Part shown: in pieces, positions 34,964 to 48,500 of the stretch
Layout: the number at the start of each line of letters is the position of its first letter
Numbering within the stretch: the first letter of the stretch is position 1
Source of the DNA: an uncultured virus (IMG/VR IMGVR_UViG_3300034280_000588)
Taxonomy: Duplodnaviria > Heunggongvirae > Uroviricota > Caudoviricetes
IMG/VR virus record: IMGVR_UViG_3300034280_000588
DNA length: 64,000 nucleotides
Reading direction: 5' to 3' (one strand)
Program-made: the position numbers and the translations under genes
Notes under the pieces: generated by a model
The model's database searches: none
Seen by the model: only the letters and a program-made list of their open reading frames with translations
Told to the model about the DNA's origin: nothing

Positions 34964-37900
34964 ATTTAATATAGAATGATTTTACTTGATCATAACTATC
35001 CCATTTATTTAAAACATTTAAAGCTGGGATCACATCTTTCCATTCTTTCCAAACTTTAAGATCACCTTTGTGTGTTCCTCTTTCATAATAATTTTTTTCA
35101 TAAGGAGGTATTGGTAAACTTAAACTTTTTTCTACGGCTTGGCCAAAATCTTTTAAAGTTGTTAAAATAGCAAATGGAGATTTTGCAATCTGATATTGTT
35201 CTTCAATACCCACAAGCGGCATCATTGTAGAAATTTCTTTAACTTGTCTACTTTGTTGATAAGCTAAGAAATTAAGCCATCTTTTTATAAATTTATCTTC
35301 TGGTGGAATACCATCTGCAATTCCACGAACAATCCCATACAATGCAAAGCTTGCTGCAAGAAATGCAAGTTCAGCTAAGTTTTTATACATATTTTTTATT
35401 TGAACAGAATCCATGTCTTTCCATCCTGTTCTTAATTTTTCTATAAATGTGCCTTCTGCTTCTTTAACATACTTTAAAAAACTTAATACGGTTACGTACC
35501 TACCTTCAACTGTTCCTAAATTTTCATCTATATATCTTTCTTTAAATCTTGATTTGTAAGCAGGATAAATCCATTTATGAAATTGTGCAGCAAGTTGCCC
35601 TATCCAATGATCTTGTATAACCATTCGATCTTGAAAAGCATAGTTACCGTGGATTTGTTTATTTACTTCTAAAATATAATTAATTAAATCATATCTTTCT
35701 TTATCTGACATTTCAAAACCATCTTTTAATTTTAACTCACCGGTATTTGGATTAAAATCAAAAGCATCATAGACACTTAAAGTTTCACCAGTTTTGGAAT
35801 TTTTAAGTGTTCTTGTCATTGTTATAGCTACACCAGTCTTACTTTGAACATTAAATTCACCACCTTCCTGTAAAAGATAAGCCCAACTCATAAAATCTAC
35901 CTTACCCTGATCTTTTTGATAATGCCTCACCATTCTAAAATATTCAACTATAGCTTCATATTTACTTTTTGCTTTTTTTCCAATTTGATACCCATCACTG
36001 TGCTCACCCAATCCTCTAAATATATTTGGCAAATAATCTTTATTATATTCCCCAACAGCTCTATTTGCAGCAGGTCTATCATAATATAAAGAACCCGCTG
36101 TTTCAATAGAATTGTTTATTCTACCCATTACATAGTTGTTTATATTACCAAATATATTAAAACCTACACCTTTTAAAGATGTTAGATTTTGAATACGTTT
36201 AGAAATAAGAGCCATTGTTGTTCTGTTAAATTCCTCATTATTATAATAAACCATTTTAAACCATTTATTAAGCCTTTTGATCGCAAATACATTTTCTTTT
36301 CTTTTTACAACAGCCTTTCCTTCACTTTCTTTATTTAATTTAGAACCTTTGCGTATAAGTTTATTACCTAATGAATCAATTTCATAATAGTCCCTGTCTT
36401 CCATTATTTTAGCAATAGCTTGTAAATCTGATTCTATATTGCTCATTATTTCAAAATTTTCAGCCATTGCTGCAAATTGAATAAGATTTTCTACCAAATC
36501 ACCTTCAATTTCTTCCACCTTAATTTTACTTTCCTCTATCTTAATATACTCTTTAAGTTTATTTCTTTTTTCTAAAAATTCTTTTTGGGATATTTTACCT
36601 TCAAGTTTTTTTTGTTTAAAAGCTTCTAGCTCTTTTTTGAGATATTCTACTCTTTTTTCATTTTGCAATTTACCAACATAAAGTATGGGAAGACCATTTT
36701 CAACTTGACCAAGTTCATCAACTATTCTTTGATTCGTGTATATTTCTGTACTAAAAAAATCTTTTAAAGATTTGGCTACAGCTTTAGTAAAACTACCTCC
36801 ATTTTTTTTAAGTGTTTCCATAAACTTTCCTCTCACTCTTCCCACCTTTCCTCTTTGAGCAGAAGCTACATCCTGAGGAAGCTTTTCTAACTGATTCTGA
36901 TACTCTTCCACCCAACCCTTATAAAAATTAGATTGAGCTTTTTCCTGTTCTGTAACAGGATTCATAAGTTTAACATATTTTGGATCTCTAAGATCAGTGC
37001 CATCTTCAGCAATATCTCTAATTTCAACAAATTCACTTTTTACAAACCAATTTGTTTTAAGAGTAACTCTTCCTTGAAATGTTCCGTCAGATTCAAATTG
37101 AGGAGACCAATACGTTGCTTCATTAAAATACTTAAGTCTGAATTGCTCATATTGTTCATCAGTTACGTCTTCTTTCTTTTCCCATTTATAAAACAGCTCA
37201 CCATCTGGTTTACTATATGCAACTAAGTCTTGATACCTATCTCTTATTGTTTTAAAAAAGTCTGTATATTTATGATATTTTCCATCTTTAGCTCCTTGTG
37301 GACCTATTGTTTCAGCATTCATAAATTCTCTATATGCTGTTTTATCTCTAAAAAGAAGGATGTTAAATTGTAAATCTTCATCACTGGCTTTGGTGATATC
37401 TGTTATAGGAATGTATTGTTTTTTATCACCGTTTTTTTCTCGTAATGTATTTTTAATTTCATAATATTTATCATAATATTGACTACCCACTCTACTAACA
37501 TACCTTCCCGTAAACTTGCCATTTTTAAAAACTTTCATAAAATCATAAAAATCTTTAGTAGTTTTTTTAATACCAAAAGCCTTTAATAAATTATTACCAA
37601 GTTGAGCTATTTTAGAAGCCGTACTTTCTGAGTTATCTTTAGCTTTATTAACAGCTGCTTTATATATTTTATCTGCTATTGCAAGAAGAGTGTCTTTGCT
37701 TGTTGCAAGATCTCCAAGATAATAATCTTCAGCAGGAATATCATAAACTTCCTTCATTATTTTATTAAGCTCGTCTTGTGTAAGATCTCTAGATGTATTG
37801 CTTTTTATAACATTTTTAACATAACTTTCTAAATTGTTATCAATGCTTTCTTTAACATCATCTAAAGTATCAATAAGTTTAACGAGCATAAGTTGTTGTT

Positions 37901-39530
37901 CTTTACTACCAACACCTTTAGCATTAATTATACCTCTATATGATTCTATATACTTATCCACTTCAATAAGTAATGAGGCATAATTTGGTTTTTCCATATT
38001 TTTTGGATCAGATATTTCTTTATGATAATCAGTGATTTCTTGCATTGCATAATTTAAAAAAGCACCATAGGCAAGTGATGGTCTATCATTTCTAAGATCT
38101 GAACCCATCATTGCCATGAGTTCATTTATCTTATCAATCATAACATCTTTTTCTATAAATGTTTTTCCTTTACGTATTTTTTCTAAATACTTTTTACGAG
38201 CTTCAAATGTGTTAATTACCTTTTTACTCTCATCATACATTTGAGTAAACTTATCATCCCCATATATTTCAATTTCTGGTTTACTATCTTCTTCACTTAA
38301 GAAATCAGGATCATTTACAGGATTATCGATTCCTAATTCTTTTTTGAGCTCATCAAGTCTATTTCTAGGTTCTAAATCTGTTGGTATAAGTTTATTTACA
38401 TAAGTTTGATTCATACTAATAGAATGCTGTTCCTCACCCTCCCACTCAATATCTTTTATTTTTTTATCAACATCCAAATCTAACTTTAGATGTAAAGTGT
38501 GAAGTTCAACAACATCAAAACCTTTAAGCTCAATAAGTTTTTTATATGCCGCTAATTGAATACCATGTTGCTGTCTTGTAGATAAACTTTGCCCTTTAAA
38601 AACAGAACCTTCTGCATCATCTTTTATTAAATATTTTTTATCATAATTTTCTGATTTAACACTATTTTTAGAAGCTTTTAAATCTACAATTTTTATTTTA
38701 CCATCAGGTGTTATTACCAAAAGATCAAGTGAGCCAGCTATTTTAGAATATTTATCACCAATTGCGGCCTGTGTTACTATAATAGAACCATCTTTAGTAA
38801 GCATATTTATATACACTTGAAATAGCCCATAAGCTGTTTTTAATTTATCATGAGGAATATTGTCAATGTCTTTTACAGCATCTTCAAATTTTTGACCAAG
38901 AATAACACCCTGTAAAAGTTTATCAAATGAAGTTCCATATTCTCTATTAATAGCAAACTCATCATTCATAAGCTTACCTTTGATACCGGTAGTAACAGAA
39001 GTGTAGGTTTCACCATCTTCATCTACATAAACATGTTCACTAGGTTCAAGAACTACAGGATTATCAGAATTTTCTATAAGATCGTTTACAATACGTTTTT
39101 GTAATGCGTTTCCTTTTTTACCAGCTTTATTAAGAAATTCTTTTCTTTCAGGGTCCAGTACAAATGCCACACTGGTACTAACAAACTTTTTTGTAGGATC
39201 ATCTAACAAATCATTATTAAATATATTAGATTTGGGTTCACCATTAGCATCAGCAAAACTGCCAAACATGCTATTTTTTTTAGTAAAGTATTCTTGATAC
39301 TCTGAGCTATATGCAATACTCCATAAACCAACCGCTATTTCTTCTGGAGATTCATTAAGCAGTGTCCCATCATCAAGACGATTTTTTAAATAAGGAATTT
39401 GATCAAGGTATTTTTTTACACCTTTTTCTTTTACTTTATTAAGAAGTTCTTTATAAAGTATTGAATCTTCACCATTAGGGGCTAAAACCCTATCCACCTT
39501 ACCATCTTTTCTATATAATTGACAGGCCAT
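34962..39530 (-). CDS. giant putative virion cargo/ejection protein with a PD-(D/E)XK nuclease-like domain
   Basis: 1522 aa, adjacent to the RNAP; AGSLDLL..IVDLKAS..QLAAY near the N-terminus. Confidence 0.7.
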   Translation of the reverse strand: MACQLYRKDGKVDRVLAPNGEDSILYKELLNKVKEKGVKKYLDQIPYLKNRLDDGTLLNESPEEIAVGLWSIAYSSEYQEYFTKKNSMFGSFADANGEPKSNIFNNDLLDDPTKKFVSTSVAFVLDPERKEFLNKAGKKGNALQKRIVNDLIENSDNPVVLEPSEHVYVDEDGETYTSVTTGIKGKLMNDEFAINREYGTSFDKLLQGVILGQKFEDAVKDIDNIPHDKLKTAYGLFQVYINMLTKDGSIIVTQAAIGDKYSKIAGSLDLLVITPDGKIKIVDLKASKNSVKSENYDKKYLIKDDAEGSVFKGQSLSTRQQHGIQLAAYKKLIELKGFDVVELHTLHLKLDLDVDKKIKDIEWEGEEQHSISMNQTYVNKLIPTDLEPRNRLDELKKELGIDNPVNDPDFLSEEDSKPEIEIYGDDKFTQMYDESKKVINTFEARKKYLEKIRKGKTFIEKDVMIDKINELMAMMGSDLRNDRPSLAYGAFLNYAMQEITDYHKEISDPKNMEKPNYASLLIEVDKYIESYRGIINAKGVGSKEQQLMLVKLIDTLDDVKESIDNNLESYVKNVIKSNTSRDLTQDELNKIMKEVYDIPAEDYYLGDLATSKDTLLAIADKIYKAAVNKAKDNSESTASKIAQLGNNLLKAFGIKKTTKDFYDFMKVFKNGKFTGRYVSRVGSQYYDKYYEIKNTLREKNGDKKQYIPITDITKASDEDLQFNILLFRDKTAYREFMNAETIGPQGAKDGKYHKYTDFFKTIRDRYQDLVAYSKPDGELFYKWEKKEDVTDEQYEQFRLKYFNEATYWSPQFESDGTFQGRVTLKTNWFVKSEFVEIRDIAEDGTDLRDPKYVKLMNPVTEQEKAQSNFYKGWVEEYQNQLEKLPQDVASAQRGKVGRVRGKFMETLKKNGGSFTKAVAKSLKDFFSTEIYTNQRIVDELGQVENGLPILYVGKLQNEKRVEYLKKELEAFKQKKLEGKISQKEFLEKRNKLKEYIKIEESKIKVEEIEGDLVENLIQFAAMAENFEIMSNIESDLQAIAKIMEDRDYYEIDSLGNKLIRKGSKLNKESEGKAVVKRKENVFAIKRLNKWFKMVYYNNEEFNRTTMALISKRIQNLTSLKGVGFNIFGNINNYVMGRINNSIETAGSLYYDRPAANRAVGEYNKDYLPNIFRGLGEHSDGYQIGKKAKSKYEAIVEYFRMVRHYQKDQGKVDFMSWAYLLQEGGEFNVQSKTGVAITMTRTLKNSKTGETLSVYDAFDFNPNTGELKLKDGFEMSDKERYDLINYILEVNKQIHGNYAFQDRMVIQDHWIGQLAAQFHKWIYPAYKSRFKERYIDENLGTVEGRYVTVLSFLKYVKEAEGTFIEKLRTGWKDMDSVQIKNMYKNLAELAFLAASFALYGIVRGIADGIPPEDKFIKRWLNFLAYQQSRQVKEISTMMPLVGIEEQYQIAKSPFAILTTLKDFGQAVEKSLSLPIPPYEKNYYERGTHKGDLKVWKEWKDVIPALNVLNKWDSYDQVKSFYIK

Positions 39531-39552
39531 TATTTATATTGATTTAAAATTT

Positions 39553-42500
39553 TTAGGGTTGTGCGCATCTATCATTTAAAGGATTATCATCATCTAATTT
39601 TGTATCATCTGATTTGATACTACCAAATCCCATCAATCTTTCAAACTCTTTTCTTTTTTCCATATCCGTTATGCCAAGTTTTTCTTCTTTTGACCCAACT
39701 GCTGGTACATTTTTACTAGCTTGAGATGGTTTTTCATTATCACCCATTCCTAATGCTGCAAGAAATCTATTTCTTAAAGCGGTATCCGTAACACCTAATT
39801 CTTTAGCTTTTTCTTCAGTAAGGTTTTCATCAACAATAGGCGTTTCTCCTAATGTTTCATTTCCTTTTATTTGAGGAGCTGATGATGTAATGTCATATCC
39901 TAACATATAAACTAATTGTCCTGGGGTTTTTACAGTTTTTTTCGCATCATCTGGTATAGCATCCCAGACATCACCTACAAATTTAAAGGATTTACTAGCG
40001 GTATCAAAAGTAAAAGTAATGCCTTCTCTAGCGAGTATTTCTTTTGGCGTACCAGTCACATTTTTAGTAGCAGCGGTTGCTATTTCTTTTTTTTGTGTAA
40101 CAGATGTTTCTCCTGGTTTAACAAATCCTCTGTTAATCATCCACATCTCCTCTTTTTCAGGATCGCTAAAAGCTCTTTCATAATAAGGATTATAAGAAGA
40201 AGGATTGGTTGTAAGCTTTCTATATCTAGGAAGTTTAGCAGTATCAGGAATTGGGTCAAAAACCTCTCCTGCCTTAAAAGTTTTTGAAGAACCCTTTCTT
40301 TCTATTTTTTGGTATACAGCTTTTACACCAGAAGCAACAGTTTCCCCAGGTTGAATCATTCTTTTAGGGGAACCTTTAGGTTGTTTTTGTGCTTTAGTAA
40401 CCGATTTAAGAACAAAGAAAGTGTTTTCAAAATATTTTTTTCCTTCTGGTTTTATACTTTGTTTTATAATATATGGAAAAACAACCTCACCTTTTTTATT
40501 AGTATAAAAACCTTTAGCCCTTAAAGAATCCATATTTTTAGCAAATCTTTTCTTTTCATCAGGTGAATACTTAAAACTATCTGCCTTGGCTTTAGCTGCC
40601 TCTTCTTCTTTTTTAATCCATTCTTTTTTTCCTTCTTCATCTAATTGAGAAAACTTTTCAGTTTCTTCAGCCAACATGGTATAATAATCAGCATCATCCA
40701 TCCATGTTATTTCAGATTCTTCTTCTTCAGTGAAAGCCTTTTGTTTTTCTTTTATACGAGCACCATTGAAAATATCAATTTTTATTTTATCACCGTCTAT
40801 TACAACAGATTTGGGTTCAAAGCCATCTACATTTTTATTTCCTACATCTTTGAACTTAGGTTCAGCAAATAGAGTCATACTTCTAACATAATATCCATTT
40901 CCAACATGCCTTGTATATATATGCATAAATTCATTAAACAAATCATTAGCTGTTAACCCAAATACTTTTTTATACTCTTCATCTATATTTTTTGTTGTGA
41001 CCATGTTTAATTTCAAAACATCATTAGCTATTCCTGTACTTTGCATCAAATCTGTAAACATAAAGTTAGGAATAAACTTAATAAAACTATTACTTCTAAA
41101 CTGACCACCATCTTTTACCAACAGATAATTAAAAAGAGCATTAGCCATGTCTCTACCGTTTCTACCATTGCCATCAAAATCAATATCAGATTGATAGATT
41201 TCTATAAAACTATCTCTTAATTTTTCTATTTGATATTCATTAAGTTTAGCCCAAGTGTTAGATTCTAGTTTATTAAATCCATCTTTATTTTTAGGATTGA
41301 GTCCAGCCTCTCCTTTAGCATTAACTATGGTGGTAGATATTACATTTAAAAATCTTTTGGCAATATAGTTATTTGGAAGTTTTTGTCTAATCGTTCTAAT
41401 AACATCCACTATATCAGAAAACTTGTCTCCTTTTGCTATAGCACCTTCATCATATATAAGGGCATTGGTCATTGTAGATAAAGTTCCTGCTCGCCCTCTA
41501 TCAGCAAGAAATTTTCTATATGCTTTTATAGAAAGATAAGAAATCAAATCTCTTTTCAAATCTACATTAAATTTATCTTTAAGAGATGCTCTTACACTCA
41601 AGTTATCTTTTACAATATTTTCAATACGCTTAAACACACTTGTTCTTTCCAAGAACATGCTTTTGCTGAGATCATTAATTTGATCAGCTATTTTAATCCA
41701 TTTAGAAATATAGTGAGATTGTTTAGATTCATCATAACCCATGAATACTTGACGTAAATCAAATGGTGGAGGAGTTTTTCTACCTTCAGGTATAAATTTC
41801 TCAAAAGCATCATCATTTTGATTTCTTAAACCCAGTTTTTCTATTTTGTTATTAATACCATCATAGTCTTCCCAAGATGTACCAAGTCCTTTAACAAGCT
41901 TAAGTACTTGAGCAACATCAGAAAAGTATTTAGTTTGATTTGATATCCCTATAAAATCTTCTAATACAGAAGCCTGATATATAGCACTACTCCCATTATT
42001 TTTAATATTGGATACCATTATATCATCTGTAAGATCTTCTTTTACATAGTCATCTCCAGCTAATTTCTTATATTTTTCAAAAAGTTTTTTAGCCACTTGA
42101 GACTTGTATATTTTACTTTCCTCATTTGTTTTAATATTATTTGAAGCTATTTTGGTTAGTTCAAAATACTCTCTTACAGCAGGTTGTAACATTAAAAGAA
42201 TAGAAGATTTTAAAGGAACACCTTGAGCTACCATATTAGAAACATAACCAAGAGCCTCCATGTTAAGACCAAGTCTAGCAGCCAAACGTTCTTTAGCATT
42301 ATCTGTCATAGCTGATACTAAAGTAGATATAATGTTTGTTATACGATCTTCACCATCATATTTACCAGTGGCTGCATTATAACTATTAGAATGTGAATAA
42401 CTATCAAATGTGTGACCATTTATTTTAATCTTATACATTTTAACCTTCTTGCCCTTAGCATCTTTAAAAGTGTCTCTAAGGTTAATCTTAAAGTTATTCA

Positions 42501-45500
42501 GTATGGCATAAGTAAGCATTGAGTTAACAGCCGCACCAATGTTTCTAGAACCTTCTTTATTATTTTTAAAAGCTTTGTATTTACCTATAATAGAATCAAC
42601 ATCAACTCCTCCTTCTGTAAGAATATTTTCTATTTCTGTTGGTAATACTTTTTGTCCATTTTCATTTTCTGTAGATAATAAATCAATAAGATTACCAGCT
42701 ACATTTGGATCTAATAAATTGGTAAGAGCAGTTAAGGACGCAACTTCAAATGCTATAGATCTGCTTCCACCTGAAATAACATGTTCATTAGTAAGCATCA
42801 ATAACTTCTGCTCTAAAATTCTATTATTAAGAACACCATTATTAAGTTCTTTTTTACTTTTGGCATAATCTAAAACATTAGATGGAAGTTTTAAAGACCC
42901 AAGGGCCTGAGCTATAAGTTTTTGTTCTACACCGTCTAACTTTTTTACTAAATCTTTAAATTCATTTACCCATTTTTTACCCATATCAATAATAGCTTGA
43001 CGTTCGTCCGCTGTTATTTTTCCACCAAGTTCTTCACTAAAATAAACACTTTCAAATATTCTAAACTCATCTAAATCTTTTGTAAGTTTTTTATACTCTT
43101 TATATTTTTTAGATAGTTCTTGATATATAGGATTTGTTTCTTTTAATTCTTGAAGAACATCTCTAAATGCCTTGTTATTATTTGCATTCCAGCGTACATA
43201 TTCTTCAAATTTTCCTTCTTTAGAAGTTTCTGTTCCATAAGGAAAACGTTGACCATCTTTTACATATGTATCATATATGTGCATATACAGTTTATCAATA
43301 TCAAAGTCAGCACCAGATATTTCTATGAGTTCATGGGGAAAGATAGCAGTGGAACCATAATATGCTGGCATAAATCCAACAAGTCTAAGGGCTACAAAGC
43401 TATGTTTTGCCTGTGATGGGATACGTACACCAAACATTTTAGCTATGTGATCAGGAATAGGTTCACCTGGCTTTAAGTTAAAGTACTCAGCATAGTGAGC
43501 TGGCATAATAAACTCTGTATATCTACCTATAATTTTACCATTCTTATCATATTCTGGTACGTTATGTCTAAGATCATCTACATAGATGTCTCCTTTTTTC
43601 ATTTGCTCAAACTTGCGATCAATACTATTATTCCATCTTTTAGCATTCTTTATATATCTATTTGGATTTTGTTTAATAACTCTTTCATCTACCACTGTTC
43701 CAATAGGATTACCCTCTTCATCATAACGTCCAGTAAATATTTTAACTACTTGTTTACCGTAATTGGACATCAAGGCAACAGAGTGACCTGGAGTTTTTTC
43801 ACTCATAACTCCTTTAGAAAAATAAGCTAAAAATAATTGAGTGTATTTGTCAAGAGTGATATTGTTGTTAAGATTATATTTAGGTTTTCCATCTTCTCCT
43901 AAAGAAAAGAAATCAATAAGTTGACTATCTGCTCCTGTAGAACGTAATGTTTCTACAGCTCTTTTTTGAAACTTTTGAAGCTGTGGACTTATTTTACCTT
44001 GGTCCATAGACTTTCCTAGCTCTGAATAAGCACTGTCTATATTAAAGATTTCATCTCTACTTCTTGTATAGTTATTTGTAACACGTTGGTCAACATCACT
44101 AAGATACATTTTTTTAATATCTCCAATTGTTAACTGACTACCATCTTCTTTAGTGCTTCTACCCATAAAAGTAACAGGAGTAGAATCTTCTTGTTCAGAA
44201 AGTATAATCTGTTTGGCCTGACTGGGATCTGTAATTTGTATTTTATTAGAAGGGTTAACCAACTGAAGTCTCCAATAATTTGTATCTTGCTTTACAAAAT
44301 TTTCATCTTTAGCATTTTGAAATCCTAAACTATGATCAAATATATTTCTCTTAATACCCTTACTAGATTCTCTATCTCCAGCAAATACTACAGTATTATT
44401 ATCTTTTTCAAACTTTTCCATTCTTTCCCTAAGTTCATGTAACTCTTCAGAACCAGGAATAGCTACCCACTTACCATTTACTTTCATAGAAGTAAACTCT
44501 TTAGTAAGCATTACAGTGGATGTTTTAATATATTGAAGACCATCAAAATAAACAAGCTTTTTAGAGTTAAACATTGCTTCCATATCTTTTAACCCACCTG
44601 AACCAAAAATTTCTTTTTCAGTGAGTTCTTGACCAGCTTCTAACTTATCAAGAATTTTAGCAATTGCCGGTGTAAGTTGACCTAAACCATGAAGAGTATA
44701 TCTCATACTCTTTACAGTTTGATAAGATTGGGCATCTGCTTTATTTTTTAAACCACCAGCATAGTTAGCTTTAAATTTAGGACTTGTAAAAGTAAGCATG
44801 TAACTTTTAGTAAATGCTTCTGTAATACCAAGTTCAGGAGATGTTACAACAGAATATAAACTGGGCCCACTACCATTAGCACCTCTAGCACGTTTAATAA
44901 TATCAATTTCATCTTTAAATGCTTTAGCCTCATCACCATACAGTATTTGATTAATAGATAATGTATTAATATAATCATTTATTAATATCTGACCAAGATT
45001 ATGTCTGAGATTTCCTGGTTTAATGTTTAACAAATCATTTCTTCTTTCATCTATAACATCCTTACCATTTTCTTTTTTAGTAAAGCCTATCCTTAAAAAA
45101 TCATCAACAAGATTATTTTGAATTTCTTCTTCATTACCTTCTTCAGATTTACTTACTGTAACAACACCAAGGTCATTGGCAAGTTTAACAAAATCTTCAA
45201 TTTGTTTTTCCCAATATTCTTTAATTCTACTATTTATCTTAGTATTTTTAGAAGCAATATCAAAAGCATCATCTAAACTATCTTGTTCTAATTCATCAGC
45301 TAATTCTGTTCCTAGCATATTAGCCATCTTATAGAACTTTAAACCTCTTGGTTTTTTCTTATCTGTTCTTCTACCATCACCATCTACAGCATAATGATAA
45401 CCTTGTATTTCACCATCTGGATATATGCCTGATTTTATTTCAGCTCTTACTTTCTTAATACGATTAAACTCTCTAACTACTTCTTTATTAATAATATTAA

Positions 45501-48500
45501 TAGCCTCTTGACTTAAACTAACCTTCCCACTTGTTGTAGAAGTAACCACCTTATTGACCGGTAAAGCAATTGTATCACCTGTATTAGAAGCTTCTATCAC
45601 TCTAATAAGATGATTGCTAGTCATAAATCTATTTCCATTTTCACCCCTATGTTCCTTATTATATTGATACAATTCTAATAAAGATATTAAAAACTCACGA
45701 TCAGAAAAACTACCATAGGTGATACCTTCATTTTGATTAGCTTGAATTGTTTTATCTTCTATTAGTTCACCAGTCTCATTTTCTTTAAGAATTGAACTCT
45801 TCATTCCTTCAATTCTTTGCACTCTAAGATTTCCAAGAAGAGATTTAAAATCTTCTGAACTTAATAAATGATTTTGCTCAAGAAAATCATCAAGCTTAAT
45901 TTTATTTAATTCATCTATATCATTAAGAGAATTAATCTTGACTAAATGGAATGTAGGAAGCTGATGCGCATACACTAATTCACCTTCAGCATTTCTATAG
46001 GATGTACCACTAACCGTTTCATCAAAAACAGCATTACCTTTAGCTAACTCATTAAGACGAGATATATTACCACCCTCTCCTAAACTGTCTGCTTCTTCTT
46101 CACCATCTTCTTCTCCCGTAATGGGCATGTTTTCATCATTAAGGCTGTCTATATTTTTAGCAAAAGGATTTTCCAAAGCTTGTATAGACTTAACAATAGC
46201 TTTTAAACCATTTAAATCCATTGGTCCAACTTCACTATATGATTCAGCAAGTCTTCTTTGATTTTCAGTTCTGAGATCAGGTTGCTTAGATGCAGCTATA
46301 GAGAATTTAATATAAAGTGGAGATAAGGAAATACCCAAGTCTTCTTTAAGCCTATTGCTTAAATCTTGAGAAAGATCATCTAATCTTTCATCAGAAAAAT
46401 ATACACCAGGATCATGTGCGCTCAATAGTTCTTGAAATGATAAACTTTTTTCCTTAGCAAACTCTCTTCTTTCTTCTTCAGATTTAAGTGCTAAAACAGG
46501 AGTTTCAAACTGATGTATATAAGCATTCTGCCATTGTGTAAACTGAGTTTTAGCAGCACCCATTCTATTAGCCAACATTAATCTTGTAACCCTACCTTTA
46601 TTACGAATATCTTTATTCATAAAAATATAATCCACGGTGTATTGTTGAAATCCTTTAACCACCATTTGAAAAAGAGTAGCTTGTTTAGGATTTGTAATAT
46701 CAAAATCACCGGTATTTGGATCTATGACAAGACCAACTTCATCAAAGAATTTATTTAAAAACTTACCAGTTTCTGTATTATTGTCTCTTAAATAAAGCAG
46801 CCTATTTATAAATTTCTTTTGATCTGTAATATTAGCAACAGCCTTGAGAATACCACCATAAACCAAATTAGCATTTACAGATTGTATTAGTGGTTCCCCA
46901 TTTACCATTTCTGTATTTCCAAACTCATCCCTATCTATTACATAAGATGTAGATGCTATGTACTGACGTAAGAATTTAGAAAGACTACCAAATCCTCCAA
47001 TAGAATGAGTTTCTTTCCAATTATCTGTAGTAACTCTAGTACCAAATTCTTCTTCTGTAGTAGTAAACTCATCATCTTCAAGCTCCTGTTGATATCCCAT
47101 TATATTTAAATGAACATCTACAGCCTCCATCAAAGTTTCCCTATTCTCTTTACGATAGAATATATTAAACTTTTGATCTAATTTATTCATATAGGCTTTA
47201 GCTTGGGCAGGATCTATATCCATCAGCTTTGTCTGTTCATCATAATAAAACTCTTTTCTAGAACCTCTAGGGTTATATAATTCTAAAAAGTCATCTATAA
47301 TACCATTAAGAATTTCTTTTTTATTATACTTTCCAGTTTCAGTATTAAGTGCTCTAACATGAAACATTGAAGCTATCGTACTAGCTATCTGATCTCCTTC
47401 TTGCTGAGGAAGGTATTTGTCTATTGGTATAATATCTCCATTTTCATCATCTACATAATCTTCACCTATTTTAATAGCTTTTAATGCAGGTTCATTAATA
47501 CTAAGAGCATCTGGCTTGGTAAACCTATTATCTTTGATATTAGAATTTTTATACTTACCTCTGTCTATCTCACGGAATAAACCAGTAAGTTCATTACTTG
47601 TAAATTTTCCAAACAGTCCCTTTATGAAATCCCAAATCTTTTGAAATAAACCACGAATACCTGGAAGAATTTTTTTAGAGTCTTGATTCATTTTCCATTC
47701 ATCAAACTTATCAGCCATATATTCCTCATAGTATCTATTTTCTAGCTCAGCATCTGTCATGTCCGCATAAATAGTATGAAGCTCTCGCATTGCTTTAATT
47801 TCTGAAGCAAGTGTTTTACCTTCTTTGGCAAGTTCTTTTTTCACTTCAAGTTTTGCATATGCCAAAAACTTATTTATTTCTTTATCAGTGAGCATTAAAC
47901 GAAAAACAGCATGAAAAGCCTCATGGTATTTAAATGGACTATTCTCACCAACTTCAATACGTCCTCTCACTTGAGTTTTACCATTCTGAAGTTTTTGTAA
48001 GTAAGTTAAGAATCTACCTACAGTGATATTACCATTTTTAAGATTAGTAGCAAGTAAGTCCATATCTTCTACAGATACAATATCACCAAGGATACGACCT
48101 ACATACTTTTTAAACTGATCAATATTAACCACACTAGTGGCATCAAAGGTTGGCTTATTTACCACCTTGGGAGCCATGTTTCTATTTGAATTTCTAAGTT
48201 CATTTAGTTTAGCTTTTTCAGCGTTAATTCTATCTTTAAATAAATCAACAGCTTCATCATTAGATAATCTTAAAGCTTCACCGGATCTCATTCCAGCCTT
48301 TACTTTTTCTTCCAGTATTTTTTGAGCCTCTATTTCTCTTTCAGCCTCAAGCTTTTTTATATTATCTCTTATTTGTTGAGCAGGGGATAATCCTGTTTCT
48401 TCAAGTTTAGTTTTTTCAACAGGAGTTTCTTCTTTTTCTTGTACAGAGGGGCTTGCCCCAATTCCCATTTCTTTTAAAAACCTAGCTCTTAAATTTTCAT

